This document shows positions 46,020 to 56,225 of a stretch of 64,000 nt of DNA, in pieces (position 1 is the stretch's first letter; every line of letters begins with the position of its first letter). Made by a program: the position numbers and the translations under genes. The stretch comes from an uncultured Solirubrobacterales bacterium (GTDB lineage: Bacteria; Actinomycetota; Thermoleophilia; Solirubrobacterales; 70-9): positions 220,969 through 284,968 of the forward strand of contig CAWGKW010000001.1 in NCBI GenBank assembly GCA_963823275.1. The letters run 5' to 3'. Below the pieces are notes generated by a model that was not told where the DNA came from, searched no databases, and saw only the letters and a program-made list of their open reading frames with translations.

Positions 46020-46160
46020 CGTTCACGCCTGCGGAGTTAGCTGTCGGGCTGGCGCTGCTGTGGAGCCTGCGCCTCCGTCGAATCGGACGGATTAGCCCCG
46101 GGTACTCGGGTTCCTGGTTGGGTCCCCCGCTCTCCGGAATTCGGAGACTCGGCGTTCGGT
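46020..46160 (-). promoter_or_regulatory. probable ydaO/kimA-class cyclic-di-AMP riboswitch
   Basis: The minus strand reads ACGCCGAGUC-hairpin-GAGCGGGGGACCCA ... GGGGCUAAUCC-hairpin ... CCCGACAGCUAACUCCGCAGGCGUG. The order matches the conserved ydaO blocks as I recall them. It ends about 12 nt before the ATG. Confidence 0.65.
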
Positions 46161-46167
46161 GCGGGGC

Positions 46168-46196
46168 ACTGTAGCGGAATGGTGAGCGATCTGCAA
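46168..46196 (-). promoter_or_regulatory. candidate sigma-A-type promoter TTGCAG-N17-TACAGT
   Basis: Read on the minus strand just upstream of the riboswitch 5' end. Confidence 0.4.
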
Positions 46197-46263
46197 GCAA
46201 ACGCTCATAAAGACCGGGCGATGACGAACCCCCGCCGGATTCGGGCGCTGTAGGTTGGATCCC

Positions 46264-47076
46264 ATGGAGATCGCTGGAAAGAGGGCGTTGCTGACCGGTG
46301 CGACCGGTGGGCTCGGACGCGCAATCGCGGTCGCGCTCGCCGCCCGCGGAGCATCGATCGTCTTGAGCTCACGGAAGCGGGAGGAACTCGACGCCCTGGC
46401 CGCCGAGCTTCCGGGCGGCGGCCACTCGGTCGTCGTATCCGATCTCGCCGAGTCCGGGGCCGCCGAGCAATTGGCGTCGGCTGCGACCGCCCAGGGCGGA
46501 ATCGACCTGCTCGTCGCCAACGCGGGGCTGCCCGGCTCGGGGCGCCTGGAGGACTTCAGCCCGGAGGAGGTTACGCGGGCGCTTCGGGTCAATCTCGAGT
46601 CTCCGATGCTGCTCGCCCAGGCGCTGGTCCCGGCGATGAGTGAGCGCCGCACGGGCCACCTCCTCTTCGTCTCTTCGCTCGCGGGCAAGGCCGCCTCCCC
46701 TCGCGCCTCGATCTACAACGCAACCAAGTTCGGCCTTCGCGGCTTCGCCCTCGCCCTTCGTGAGGACCTCGCCGGTGACGGCTCGGGAGTCGGCGTATCC
46801 GTCGTCCTGCCGGGGTTCATCCGCGATGCCGGGATGTTCGCCGACGCAGGGGCGAAGACCCCTCCGGGCGTCGGCACCTCGAGCCCCGAGGACGTCGCCG
46901 CCGCGGTCGTCAAGGCGATCGAGCGCAACAGGGGAGAGGTCTCCGTGGCTCCGCCCCAGCAGCGGGCGCTGGTCGGCTTCGCGCACATCTTCCCGTCGAT
47001 CGCGGCCCGTGCCCAGCGCGGAGCGGGCACCAAGGTCGCCGAGAACCTGGCCCGCGGCCAGAGCGACAAGCGCTAG
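46264..47076 (+). CDS. short-chain dehydrogenase/reductase (SDR)
   Basis: KRALLTGATGGLGRAIAVALA, NAG, and SSLAGK...YNATK catalytic pattern. I use ATG 46264 (the track starts at 46255). Confidence 0.85.
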   Translation: MEIAGKRALLTGATGGLGRAIAVALAARGASIVLSSRKREELDALAAELPGGGHSVVVSDLAESGAAEQLASAATAQGGIDLLVANAGLPGSGRLEDFSPEEVTRALRVNLESPMLLAQALVPAMSERRTGHLLFVSSLAGKAASPRASIYNATKFGLRGFALALREDLAGDGSGVGVSVVLPGFIRDAGMFADAGAKTPPGVGTSSPEDVAAAVVKAIERNRGEVSVAPPQQRALVGFAHIFPSIAARAQRGAGTKVAENLARGQSDKR

Positions 47077-47172
47077 TTGCTCGGCGCCAGGTCGGCAGCG
47101 GCCCGGCGTCAGCGGGTAGGTTTCGTTCTCAACCGAGCATCGTTTTGAATCCGAGAATCACCTGGAGGCGTC

Positions 47173-47496
47173 ATGATCGAGCAACCCGAGGAACGCAAGC
47201 GCGACCTGGTTGCGGAGGAGGAGGCAGCCGCGGCGGCGGAGGCCGGGGCGATCGGCGGTCACACCGATACCCAGCGACTTCCCGAGGCGGAACGACCGCT
47301 GGCCGAGGGCGGCGAGGGCGTGGCGGAGGGGTTCGAGCTGGCGGAGGAGCAGCTGATCGAGTCGGCTTCCCACGGACGCAAGCACGGCCACCCTCTCGGC
47401 GACGGCTTCCCCGAGGAGGACGCCAGGTCGGAGGGCCTTACGATCTACGGCGAGGCCGACCACGAGAAGGCGTCGGAGAAAGCAGACAGCGACTAA
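47173..47496 (+). CDS. small acidic hypothetical protein
   Basis: 107 aa, E/A-rich, with a GGAGG SD 4 nt upstream of the ATG. No family recognised. Confidence 0.5.
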   Translation: MIEQPEERKRDLVAEEEAAAAAEAGAIGGHTDTQRLPEAERPLAEGGEGVAEGFELAEEQLIESASHGRKHGHPLGDGFPEEDARSEGLTIYGEADHEKASEKADSD

Positions 47497-47533
47497 CGCG
47501 CCGGCAATGGGTCGGCGCTGAAACGGAGACGAG

Positions 47534-50326
47534 ATGACGGATAGCTTCGGCGCCCGGTCGAGCCTGAACGTGGCGGGGCGCGAATACGAGATCCATCGCC
47601 TCGACGCTCTCCAGGCGAAGTACGACGTCGCCCGGCTTCCCTACTCGCTGAAGGTCCTGCTCGAGAACTGCCTGCGTCTCGAGGACGGTTTCGCCGTTAC
47701 CGCCGCCGACATCGAGACGATCGCAACCTGGGACGCCACGGCGGAGCCGTCGAAGGAGATCCCCTTCCAGCCCGCACGAGTCCTGATGCAGGACTTCACC
47801 GGCGTCCCCGCAGTCGTCGACCTCGCCGCCATGCGCGACGCGATGGACGACCTCGGCTCCGATCCGTCGAAGATCAACCCGCTGGTGCCCGTTGACCTCG
47901 TGATCGACCACTCCGTTCAGGTCGATGCTTTCGGCAACGAGCGGGCCTTCGAGGTCAACGCCGAGCGCGAGTTCGAGCGCAACGAGGAGCGCTACGAGTT
48001 CCTGCGCTGGGGACAGAAGGCCTTCGACAACTTTCGCGTAGTCCCGCCGGCCACGGGCATCTGCCATCAGGTCAACCTCGAGCACCTCGGCAAGGTCGTG
48101 TTCTCCGATGAGCGGGACGGCATCCGCCGCGCGTTCCCCGACACCCTCGTGGGCACCGACTCCCACACGACGATGATCAACGGCCTCAGCATTCTCGGCT
48201 GGGGTGTCGGCGGGATCGAGGCCGAGGCGGCCATGCTCGGGCAGCCGATCTCGATGCTGCTGCCCCAGGTGATCGGCTTTCGGCTAGACGGTGAGCTCGG
48301 CGATGCGACCACCGCAACCGACCTCGTCCTTCGCGTCACCGAGATGCTCCGCGAGCGCGGCGTCGTCAGCAAGTTCGTCGAGTTCTACGGTCCTGGCCTG
48401 CCGACCCTCGGCCTGGCCGACCGGGCGACGCTCGGCAACATGTCGCCGGAGTTCGGCTCGACCTGCGCGATCTTCCCACCCGACCAGGAGACGATCCGCT
48501 ACCTCGAGTTCACCGGCCGCGGCACCGAGGTGATCGAACTCGTCGACGCCTACACCCGCGAGCAGGGCATGTTCCACGCCCCCGACTCCGAGGAGCCGAC
48601 GTTCTCTGACACCCTGCAACTGGACCTCGGCGAGGTGGTCCCGGCGATCGCCGGTCCCAAGCGCCCGCAGGACCGGATCGCTCTGTCCGACTCCAAGGCC
48701 GCGTTCTTCGAGACGCTGAAGACGTTCGACGACGAGGCGGCCGGTTCGCTTGGCAGCGAACCCGATTCGGGTTCGTTCCCCGCCTCCGACCCGCCCGGTA
48801 ACGGCAGCGGCACCGCGACCGGTTCGCCGATCGATTCGCCGACCACCGTCGCCGCCCATCCCGAGCGGAGGAGCCACGACTGCATCGAGGTGACCGACGC
48901 CGAGGGCAACACCTTCGACCTCGATCACGGACGGGTCGTGATCGCGGCGATCACGAGCTGCACCAACACCTCCAACCCGTCGGTGATGATCGGGGCGGGC
49001 CTGCTGGCGAAGAAGGCCGTCGAGAGGGGCCTCGACGTCAAGCCCTGGGTAAAGACCTCGCTGGCGCCGGGCTCGACGGTGGTCACCGACTACCTGGAGA
49101 AGTCCGGGCTCGACGAGTACCTCAACGCGCTCAAGTTCGACCTCGTCGGCTACGGCTGCACGACCTGCATCGGCAACTCCGGCCCACTGGCGGAGGAGAT
49201 CTCTGCCGCCGTCGCCGAGAAGGACCTGGTCGTCTGCGCGGTGCTCTCGGGCAATCGGAACTTCGAGGGGCGGATCAACCAGGACGTGAAGGCGAACTAT
49301 CTCGCCTCACCGCCCCTCTGCGTGGCCTACGCGCTGGTCGGGCGGATGGACTTCGACTTCGAGTCCGAGCCCCTGGGAGTTGACAGCGAGGGCGAGCCGG
49401 TCTTCCTTCGTGACGTCTGGCCGAGCGCGGCCGAGATTCGCGACACCGTCGCCTACGCCGTGCGCGCCGACATGTTCGAAAAGAACTACGCGAACGTGTT
49501 CGAGGGCGACGCGCGTTGGCAGGCGATCAAGGTCCCCGACGAGGATCGCTACACGTGGCCGGATTCAACCTACGTGCGCCGGCCCCCGTTCTTCGAGGGA
49601 ATGAATTCCGAGCCGGCGGCCTCCAGCGAGCCGATCGAGAACGCTCGCGTCCTGGCCAAGCTCGGCGATTCGATCACCACCGACCACATCTCTCCCGCCG
49701 GTGCGATCAAGAAGGACAGCCCGGCCGGCAGATGGCTGATGGAACAGGGCGTGGAGGCCCGGGACTTCAACTCATACGGGTCGCGCCGCGGCAACCACGA
49801 GGTGATGATGCGCGGCACCTTCGCGAACGTCCGTCTGCGCAACCAGCTGGTCGACCGCGAGGGCGGCTGGACCCGATCGATGCCCGACGGCGAGGAGATG
49901 CCGATCTACGACGCGGCCATGAAGTACGCCGCCGAGGGCGTGCCGCTCGTCGTGCTGGCCGGAAAGGAGTACGGGTCGGGATCGTCCCGCGACTGGGCCG
50001 CGAAGGGCACCCTGCTGCTCGGCGTTCGCGCCGTCATCGCCGAGAGCTACGAGCGCATTCACCGCTCCAACCTGATCGGCATGGGCGTGTTGCCGCTGCA
50101 GTTCCCCGACGGGGAGGGGGTCGAATCGCTCGGCCTCACGGGTGAGGAGCGGATCTCGGTTGCCGAGCTCGACATCGAGAGCGCGACCGAGCTCGAGGTG
50201 ATCGCCGCCCGCGACGGTGCCGACCCGGTGACCTTCGTCGCCAGGGTCCGGCTCGATACCGCCAACGAGCGACAGTACTTCCGTCACGGCGGAATTCTGC
50301 ATCGCGTGCTGCGCGAGCTGCGCTGA
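47534..50326 (+). CDS. acnA: aconitate hydratase A
   Basis: 930 aa with canonical AcnA blocks ([56 protein letters not shown]). Confidence 0.95.
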   Translation: MTDSFGARSSLNVAGREYEIHRLDALQAKYDVARLPYSLKVLLENCLRLEDGFAVTAADIETIATWDATAEPSKEIPFQPARVLMQDFTGVPAVVDLAAMRDAMDDLGSDPSKINPLVPVDLVIDHSVQVDAFGNERAFEVNAEREFERNEERYEFLRWGQKAFDNFRVVPPATGICHQVNLEHLGKVVFSDERDGIRRAFPDTLVGTDSHTTMINGLSILGWGVGGIEAEAAMLGQPISMLLPQVIGFRLDGELGDATTATDLVLRVTEMLRERGVVSKFVEFYGPGLPTLGLADRATLGNMSPEFGSTCAIFPPDQETIRYLEFTGRGTEVIELVDAYTREQGMFHAPDSEEPTFSDTLQLDLGEVVPAIAGPKRPQDRIALSDSKAAFFETLKTFDDEAAGSLGSEPDSGSFPASDPPGNGSGTATGSPIDSPTTVAAHPERRSHDCIEVTDAEGNTFDLDHGRVVIAAITSCTNTSNPSVMIGAGLLAKKAVERGLDVKPWVKTSLAPGSTVVTDYLEKSGLDEYLNALKFDLVGYGCTTCIGNSGPLAEEISAAVAEKDLVVCAVLSGNRNFEGRINQDVKANYLASPPLCVAYALVGRMDFDFESEPLGVDSEGEPVFLRDVWPSAAEIRDTVAYAVRADMFEKNYANVFEGDARWQAIKVPDEDRYTWPDSTYVRRPPFFEGMNSEPAASSEPIENARVLAKLGDSITTDHISPAGAIKKDSPAGRWLMEQGVEARDFNSYGSRRGNHEVMMRGTFANVRLRNQLVDREGGWTRSMPDGEEMPIYDAAMKYAAEGVPLVVLAGKEYGSGSSRDWAAKGTLLLGVRAVIAESYERIHRSNLIGMGVLPLQFPDGEGVESLGLTGEERISVAELDIESATELEVIAARDGADPVTFVARVRLDTANERQYFRHGGILHRVLRELR

Positions 50327-50559
50327 GGAGCCACCGGCCGAACTCCTTCCCCGGAGAGGAAGATGGGCCGGGGCTGGGCCGCGGGAGGCAGGGGGTCCAC
50401 GCGACCCGCACCCCAGCCCGCGCGCCGGTAGCCAGGAAGGGATGCCGGCGCGATCGCCCCCGGAGGCGGGACTGACCGGGGACGAGCTTTATGGAACCTG
50501 CGATCGCATTCTGCTGGATCGGCTCCGCAACTGCAATACGGGCTGCCGGCAGCTTGGAT

Positions 50560-50982
50560 CTAGGCGGCGCCGGGCGCCTTGGCCAGGCCCTTTGGGATGT
50601 TCCGCTTCAGGCCCTGGGCGACCAGGAATGCAAGCCCAGGAACCCTCGAGCCGAAGCTGATCTCGTAGTGGAGGTGGGTGCCGGCGCCCTCGGGGGTGAA
50701 GCGCATCTCGCCGTGATGGCCCGTCAGGGGTGAGCCCTTCGTGATCTCATAGGAGATCAGCTCATTGGGAGTGCATTCGGTGATCGTTTCCTCGAACGGC
50801 GGGGCCGGGCCGACCTTGAGCTCCCGGACCGAGCCGACGCCGTTGCGGTTGCCGTCGGTGCCGTCCTTGAGGCGGATGATCTTGGCCCCGAGCATCTCGC
50901 CGAGGTTCTCGTGCTCGGCGAAGTAGTTGAAGACGGTTTCAGGCGGGAGGGCGTAGCCCTGGTCGAAGATGAGTCGCTGCAT
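50560..50982 (-). CDS. SRPBCC (START/polyketide-cyclase-like) family protein
   Basis: 140 aa. Length and beta-rich pattern (ISYEITKGSPLTGHHGEMRF) fit SRPBCC. Confidence 0.65.
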   Translation of the reverse strand: MQRLIFDQGYALPPETVFNYFAEHENLGEMLGAKIIRLKDGTDGNRNGVGSVRELKVGPAPPFEETITECTPNELISYEITKGSPLTGHHGEMRFTPEGAGTHLHYEISFGSRVPGLAFLVAQGLKRNIPKGLAKAPGAA

Positions 50983-50991
50983 GAGCGGGAT

Positions 50992-51378
50992 TCAATCAGG
51001 GTTGGCGAGCGGTGACGGGTTCGGCTGCTCAACTTCGTTGGCCTCGCCGCCACCGCGCCTTTCGATCCACTCGATCCCGGCCACGCTCCCGACCGGGCCG
51101 ACCGGCGTGAGAGTTGCGGCAAAGAGCCAGAACGGCGCCTCGCGCCTGAGGATCGCGACCCAGAGCAGCAGGCAGAGGGCGATGTAGCCGATCCCGTGTG
51201 CCATGCCGAAGAGGAAGGTCGGCTGCTCGAGCCCGGGGATCGCCCAGACGATCAGCAGCCCGATGAAGATCCCGAGCTCGACGAACGACGCGCGCTTGAC
51301 CCAGATCCAGAGGGGTCCCGGCGTGCGGGGCCGGAACTCGCGCTCGCCGTGGATGGTGGCTTCGGTCGCTTGGGTCAC
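50992..51378 (-). CDS. DUF3817-like membrane protein
   Basis: Four predicted TM helices (FVELGIFIGLLIVWAI, LFGMAHGIGYIALCLLLWVAIL). I trimmed the start to GTG 51378, because the upstream part of the track ORF is not protein-like. Confidence 0.6.
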   Translation of the reverse strand: MTQATEATIHGEREFRPRTPGPLWIWVKRASFVELGIFIGLLIVWAIPGLEQPTFLFGMAHGIGYIALCLLLWVAILRREAPFWLFAATLTPVGPVGSVAGIEWIERRGGGEANEVEQPNPSPLANPD

Positions 51379-51402
51379 AGGTTCACCGTCGCGGGAGGGT
51401 AG

Positions 51403-51705
51403 ATGAGGCCTGTGGCCGACCCCTACGCCGAGCACAACCGCGGCCGCGGAATCCTGGACATGCGTACATGGGACATCCCCTCGACCGTCGGCATCATGTC
51501 GCCCATGCGGAGTTCCGCAAACACGAGGATCGGAGAACGGGCCATCTCCCGGGCTCAGGATGCGCGGCGCGGTTTCGTTGGGCGCGCGCAGCTCATCTCG
51601 TGCCCGGAGTGTGGGACTGGGCGCACTGAGATCTGCGCCAGGGAGCCCTGCGCAGTATGTGGCGCTGTACCCGCAGCGCTGATCGGCAGGGTCGTCTCGG
51701 GCTGA
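51403..51705 (+). CDS. hypothetical small protein with zinc-ribbon-like CPEC-x12-CAVC
   Basis: 100-aa ORF with GGGAGGG just upstream of the ATG. Third-position G+C is lower than in neighbours. Weak support only. Confidence 0.3.
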   Translation: MRPVADPYAEHNRGRGILDMRTWDIPSTVGIMSPMRSSANTRIGERAISRAQDARRGFVGRAQLISCPECGTGRTEICAREPCAVCGAVPAALIGRVVSG

Positions 51706-51819
51706 TCCGTCAACTCCTCTCTCCCGTGGGTGCCGCGAGGGGCGCCGGAGCAATCCGGCGCCCCTCGCACGTCTCCCCCTGCAAGTGCGACGGCCTGACC
51801 GCCCACAGCGAAACTCCTC

Positions 51820-51903
51820 AAGGGGTCGAGTGGTGGAGGCAACGCCGACACTCAGCGCGAGCGAAGCGAGTGCGGAGGCGGTGCCTCTGCCGCTCGGCCC
51901 CTT
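51820..51903 (-). repeat. family-1 intergenic palindromic repeat, copy 3 (inverted orientation)
   Basis: The reverse complement reads AAGGGGCCGAGCGG-CAGAGGCACCGCCTCCGCACTCGCTTCGCTCGCGCTGAGTGTCGGCG-...CCACTCGACCCCTT. It lies 18 nt past the kgd stop. Confidence 0.85.
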
Positions 51904-51921
51904 CGTGAAAACTCCGCTGGC

Positions 51922-54900
51922 CTACGCAGTCAGGGCCGTCAGCACGATCCGCTCCTGCTCGGTGCGGTGTGCTGCGGGGTAGCCCTCGCTGGGACTCGAG
52001 CGTTCGGGGCGGCCGACGTAGCGGATCGGGATGTCGCCGCCGATCGCGTCGGGCAGGCGGAACCGCATCGCGGGCCAGCAGCCCATGTTCTCGGGCTCCT
52101 CCTGACACCAGATGATCTCCTCGAGGTTCGGATAGCCGGCGACCAGCTCGGAGACGTAGGTCTTCGGGAAGGGATAGATCAGCTCGGTGCGGGCGATCGC
52201 GACCGTGGGGGTATCGGCACGGCGATCATGGCCCTCCAGGTCGTAATAGATACGGCCTGAGCAGAGAACGAGGCGCTTGATCTCAGCGGCGTTTTCCTTG
52301 GCGACGGGATCGTCGATCACGTACTGGAAGGTCCCCTCGGTCAGGTCGCTGAGCTTGGAGGCCGCCTCGCGGAGGCGCAGCAGGCCCTTCGGGGTGAAGA
52401 CGACCATCGGCCGCGCCTTCCTGATCCGCGCCTGGCGGCGGAGCAGATGAAAGTACTGAGCCGCGGTCGTCGGGTTGGCGAGCCGCATGTTGCCCTCGGC
52501 GCCGAGCTGCAGGAAGCGCTCGATCCGGGCGCTCGAGTGTTCGGGGCCGGCGCCCTCGTAGCCGTGGGGGAGGAGCAGGGTCAGCCGGTTGGTCTGGCCC
52601 CACTTGGACTCGCCGGCGGCGATGAACTGGTCGATGATCACCTGCGCGGAGTTGTCGAAGTCGCCGAACTGCGCCTCCCAGAGGATCAGGCTCTCCGGGG
52701 AGGCCGCCGCGTATCCGTATTCGAAGCCGAGGCAGGCGTTCTCCGAGAGCGGGCTGTTGTGGATCTCGAACGGCGCCAGCGCTCCAGAGAGGTTCTGGAT
52801 CGGCGCGTACTTGAGGCCGGTCTTCTCGTCGTGGAGGACGAGGTGGCGGTTGGAGAAGGTCCCTCGCTCGGCGTCCTGGCCGGTCACCCGGATGTGGGTG
52901 CCCTCGGTCAGCAGCGAGGCGTAGGCGAGCGCCTCGGCATGCGCGTACTCGATCGGCCCCTCATCGAGGATCTCAACCCGGCGCTCAAGTGGCTTGCGCA
53001 GCTTGCGGTGGACGCTGAAGCTGTCGGGGAACCTGACCAGCTCCTCGTTCAGCGTCCGGATCCGTTTCTCGGAGACCTTCGTCTCGACGGCCGGGCTCTT
53101 CGTCCGATCGAGCTCGCCGGTGCCGCCGGTGATCGTCGGATCCTCGAACTCCCCCGCCTCGATCTTCGAGCGCAGGGACTTGAGGATGTCGCCCAGCTCC
53201 TCACGGTGTTCATTGCCGTCGTCCTCGACCTCCTGGCTCGTCACGACTCCCTCGCCGATCAGCTTGGTGGCGTAGAGGTCGCTGATCGGCGGATGCTTCT
53301 TGATCTTCGCCGTCTTCTCGGGCTGGGTGTAGGCGGGCTCGTCGGTCTCGTTGTGCCCGTAGCGGCGGTAGCCGATCAGGTCGATGACGACGTCGCGGCC
53401 GAACTTGGCGCGATAGGCCATCGCCAGCCGGATCGCCGCGATGCAGTTCTCCGGATCGTCGGCGTTGACATGGATGATCGGCACGTTGAAACCCTTCGCC
53501 ATGTCGGCGGCGTAGGGGGTGGAGCGACCCTCCTGGGGGTCGGTGGTGAAGCCGACCTGGTTGTCCTGGATGATGTGGATCGTGCCGCCGGTCTGGTAGC
53601 CCCTCAGCGACTGCAGGTTGAGCGTTTCTGCGACCACTCCCTGACCTGGGAAGGCGGCGTCGCCGTGCAGCAGCAGCGGGACGGCGACCTTGGGGTCGTG
53701 GTGGATCTGCGGGCCCGCGTGCTCGGTCTGCGCGGCCCGGGCACCGCCGGTGACGACCGGATCGACGAACTCGAGGTGGGAGGGGTTCGGGTAGAGGCGC
53801 ATCCGCACGTCGCCCTCGGTCGACTCGAACAGCCCCTCGGCGCCGTGGTGGTACTTGACGTCGCCGGTGCCGCCGTGACGGAGCGCATCCGTCCGCTTGA
53901 CCGCGTCAAGCGCCTTGGCGCCCTCGAACTCGGCCATGATCGATTCCAGCGAGCGCCCGAGGTTGTGGGCGAGGACCGTGAGCCGCCCGCGGTGGGCCAT
54001 GCCGATCACGACCTGCTCGCCGCCGTCTCTGCGGGCGATGGTCGCCAGCTCGTCGATCATCGGGACGGTCGAGTCGAGCCCCTCGATCGAGAACATCTTC
54101 TGGCCGAGGTAGGCCTTCTGGAGGAAGCGCTCGAACTGGTAGACCTCGATCAGCCTGACCAGCAGGTTTCGCTTCTCCTCGTTGTCGAGCGGCTTGCGGT
54201 GGGTGCCGGTCTCGATCATCTCGCGCAACCAGACCCGCTGCTGGTGGGAGGAGAGGTGCTCGACCTGGTAGCCGATGGTTCCGCAGTAGGCGTCGCGCAT
54301 CCGCGGCAGGGCATCGAGGAGGGTCTCGCCGTCGACTCCGATCCGCAGGATCGATGCGGGAATCCGGCCCATCAGCTCCGGGGTCAGGTTCAGGTTCTCC
54401 GGCTCCAGCGCCGGGTCGCCCTTGCCGTCGCCGCCGAGCGGGTTGAGGTTGGCCGAGAGGTGGCCGTGGGTGCGGTAGGCCTTGAGCAGCGAGGTCGCCG
54501 CCTGAACTGCCTGGAGCAGGTCCTCGTCGGGAGCCCCGGTGACGGAGGCGGGCGTCGCCGCGGTGGTAGAGCCGACGGCGAGCGGCGGGGCGGAGGCGGA
54601 GGCCGCGTGCGCGGTCGAGACGACGCTCGCTTCGATGCCCAGCGCGTTTGCCACCGCCTCGTAGAAGTCGTCTTCACCGGAGAGCAGTTGGTCGATCCGG
54701 CGCAGGAATGAGCCGGATTCGGCACCCTGGATGATCCGGTGGTCGTAGGTCGAGGTCATCGTCATCACCTTCGAGACCCCCACGGCCTTGAGCCGGTCGG
54801 GCGCGGCGTGAGCCCACTCCGGCGGATAGGCGATCGAGCCGGTGGCGATGATCGTGCCCTGGCCGCTCATCAGCCGGGGAACCGAGGCGACCGTGCCGAG

Positions 54901-56145
54901 CCCGCCGGGGTTGGTCAGCGTGATGTTGGTGCCCTGGAAGTCGTCGGCGGTGAGCGAGTTCTCGCGGGTCTTTCGGATCAGGTCCTCGTAGTCGGTGTGG
55001 AAGGCCTTGAAGTCGGCCTGATCGGCGGCACGGATGCAGGGCACCATCAGGCTCCGGGACCCGTCCTTCTTCTCGATGTCGACGGCGATCCCGAGGTTGA
55101 CGGCGCCGTGGTCGATCACGTTCGGCTTGCCGTCCCGCTCCTCGAAGCTGCGGGCCATCGCTCGCCAATCCTTCGCCGCCTCGACGATCGCCCAGGCGAT
55201 CAGGTGCGTGAAGGAGACCTTCATCCCGCGCTCCGATAGCGCTCCGTTGAGGGCCTTGCGCTTCGCGTCGAGCGTGTCGACGGCGAGCGTCCTGAACGAG
55301 GTCGCGGTCGGGATCGAGCGGCTCTCCTCCATCGCCTTGGCGAGCATGCCCGCGGGGCCTCGGAGGACCTTGGCCTCGCCCCCGGTCGTCGCCGGAGCGC
55401 CGCCGTTGCCGCCACCGTCCTTGGCCGCGATCACGTCGGCCTTCATCACTCTCCCGCCGGCTCCTGAGCCGGAGACGGCGCCAAGGTCCACACCCTCGGC
55501 GTCGGCGATCCGCCGTGCGACGGGAGATGCCTTGGCGTCGCCGTTGGCGGCGATCGGCACCACGTGGTCGGTCGCCGCCCCGTCGGCAGCGGCGGCGGAC
55601 GCACCGGCGCCCGGCTCGATCCGAGCCAGGGGCTGGCCGACCTTGACCACATCGTCGGGTTCGACCAGGGTCTCGACAACGGTCCCGGAGACGGGTGAGG
55701 GAACCTCGGCGTCGACCTTGTCGGTGGAGACCTCGATGATCGTCTCGCCCTCGGAGACCGCCTCACCGGCCTGCTTGTGCCACTCGAGGACGGTGCCCTC
55801 GGTGACGGATTCGCCCATTTCCGGCATCACCAGGTCGATCGGTTCCGCCGGGGCGGCATCGGGGGCCGCAGGGGGGGCGCCGTCGGAGGAGCCGCCACCG
55901 GGCTCCAGCTCGGCGAGCGCCTCGCCGATCTTGACGACCTCGTCGGGGCCCTTGAGGATCTTCGTCAGCGTGCCGGAGGCCGGAGCCGGCACCTCGGCGT
56001 CCACCTTGTCGGTGGAGACCTCGACGATCGTCTCGCCCTCCTCGACTTGCTCACCCTCCCCCTTGAGCCACTCCAGCACCGTTCCCTCGGTCACCGACTC
56101 GCCCATCGCGGGCATCTCGATCTGGACGGTTTCGGTCGCGGCCAC
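51922..56145 (-). CDS. kgd: fused 2-oxoglutarate dehydrogenase: two lipoyl domains, subunit-binding domain, E2o acyltransferase core and E1o (Kgd/OdhA-type)
   Basis: A continuous 1407-aa ORF. It has two MPxMGESVTEGTVLEW...VSTDKVDAEVP lipoyl domains and a PSBD (SPVARRIADAEGVDL). It also has an E2 core (STYDHRIIQGAESG) and E1o blocks (RTHGHLSANLNPLG, HGDAAFPGQGVV). Confidence 0.9.
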   Translation of the reverse strand: MAATETVQIEMPAMGESVTEGTVLEWLKGEGEQVEEGETIVEVSTDKVDAEVPAPASGTLTKILKGPDEVVKIGEALAELEPGGGSSDGAPPAAPDAAPAEPIDLVMPEMGESVTEGTVLEWHKQAGEAVSEGETIIEVSTDKVDAEVPSPVSGTVVETLVEPDDVVKVGQPLARIEPGAGASAAAADGAATDHVVPIAANGDAKASPVARRIADAEGVDLGAVSGSGAGGRVMKADVIAAKDGGGNGGAPATTGGEAKVLRGPAGMLAKAMEESRSIPTATSFRTLAVDTLDAKRKALNGALSERGMKVSFTHLIAWAIVEAAKDWRAMARSFEERDGKPNVIDHGAVNLGIAVDIEKKDGSRSLMVPCIRAADQADFKAFHTDYEDLIRKTRENSLTADDFQGTNITLTNPGGLGTVASVPRLMSGQGTIIATGSIAYPPEWAHAAPDRLKAVGVSKVMTMTSTYDHRIIQGAESGSFLRRIDQLLSGEDDFYEAVANALGIEASVVSTAHAASASAPPLAVGSTTAATPASVTGAPDEDLLQAVQAATSLLKAYRTHGHLSANLNPLGGDGKGDPALEPENLNLTPELMGRIPASILRIGVDGETLLDALPRMRDAYCGTIGYQVEHLSSHQQRVWLREMIETGTHRKPLDNEEKRNLLVRLIEVYQFERFLQKAYLGQKMFSIEGLDSTVPMIDELATIARRDGGEQVVIGMAHRGRLTVLAHNLGRSLESIMAEFEGAKALDAVKRTDALRHGGTGDVKYHHGAEGLFESTEGDVRMRLYPNPSHLEFVDPVVTGGARAAQTEHAGPQIHHDPKVAVPLLLHGDAAFPGQGVVAETLNLQSLRGYQTGGTIHIIQDNQVGFTTDPQEGRSTPYAADMAKGFNVPIIHVNADDPENCIAAIRLAMAYRAKFGRDVVIDLIGYRRYGHNETDEPAYTQPEKTAKIKKHPPISDLYATKLIGEGVVTSQEVEDDGNEHREELGDILKSLRSKIEAGEFEDPTITGGTGELDRTKSPAVETKVSEKRIRTLNEELVRFPDSFSVHRKLRKPLERRVEILDEGPIEYAHAEALAYASLLTEGTHIRVTGQDAERGTFSNRHLVLHDEKTGLKYAPIQNLSGALAPFEIHNSPLSENACLGFEYGYAAASPESLILWEAQFGDFDNSAQVIIDQFIAAGESKWGQTNRLTLLLPHGYEGAGPEHSSARIERFLQLGAEGNMRLANPTTAAQYFHLLRRQARIRKARPMVVFTPKGLLRLREAASKLSDLTEGTFQYVIDDPVAKENAAEIKRLVLCSGRIYYDLEGHDRRADTPTVAIARTELIYPFPKTYVSELVAGYPNLEEIIWCQEEPENMGCWPAMRFRLPDAIGGDIPIRYVGRPERSSPSEGYPAAHRTEQERIVLTALTA

Positions 56146-56225
56146 TGCGACTAAATCGATGTAGGTGCGTTACTCACGGCGCGACCTCTGAGTGTATGCA
56201 CCTGCGGGACCGAGCGACGGTGGGG

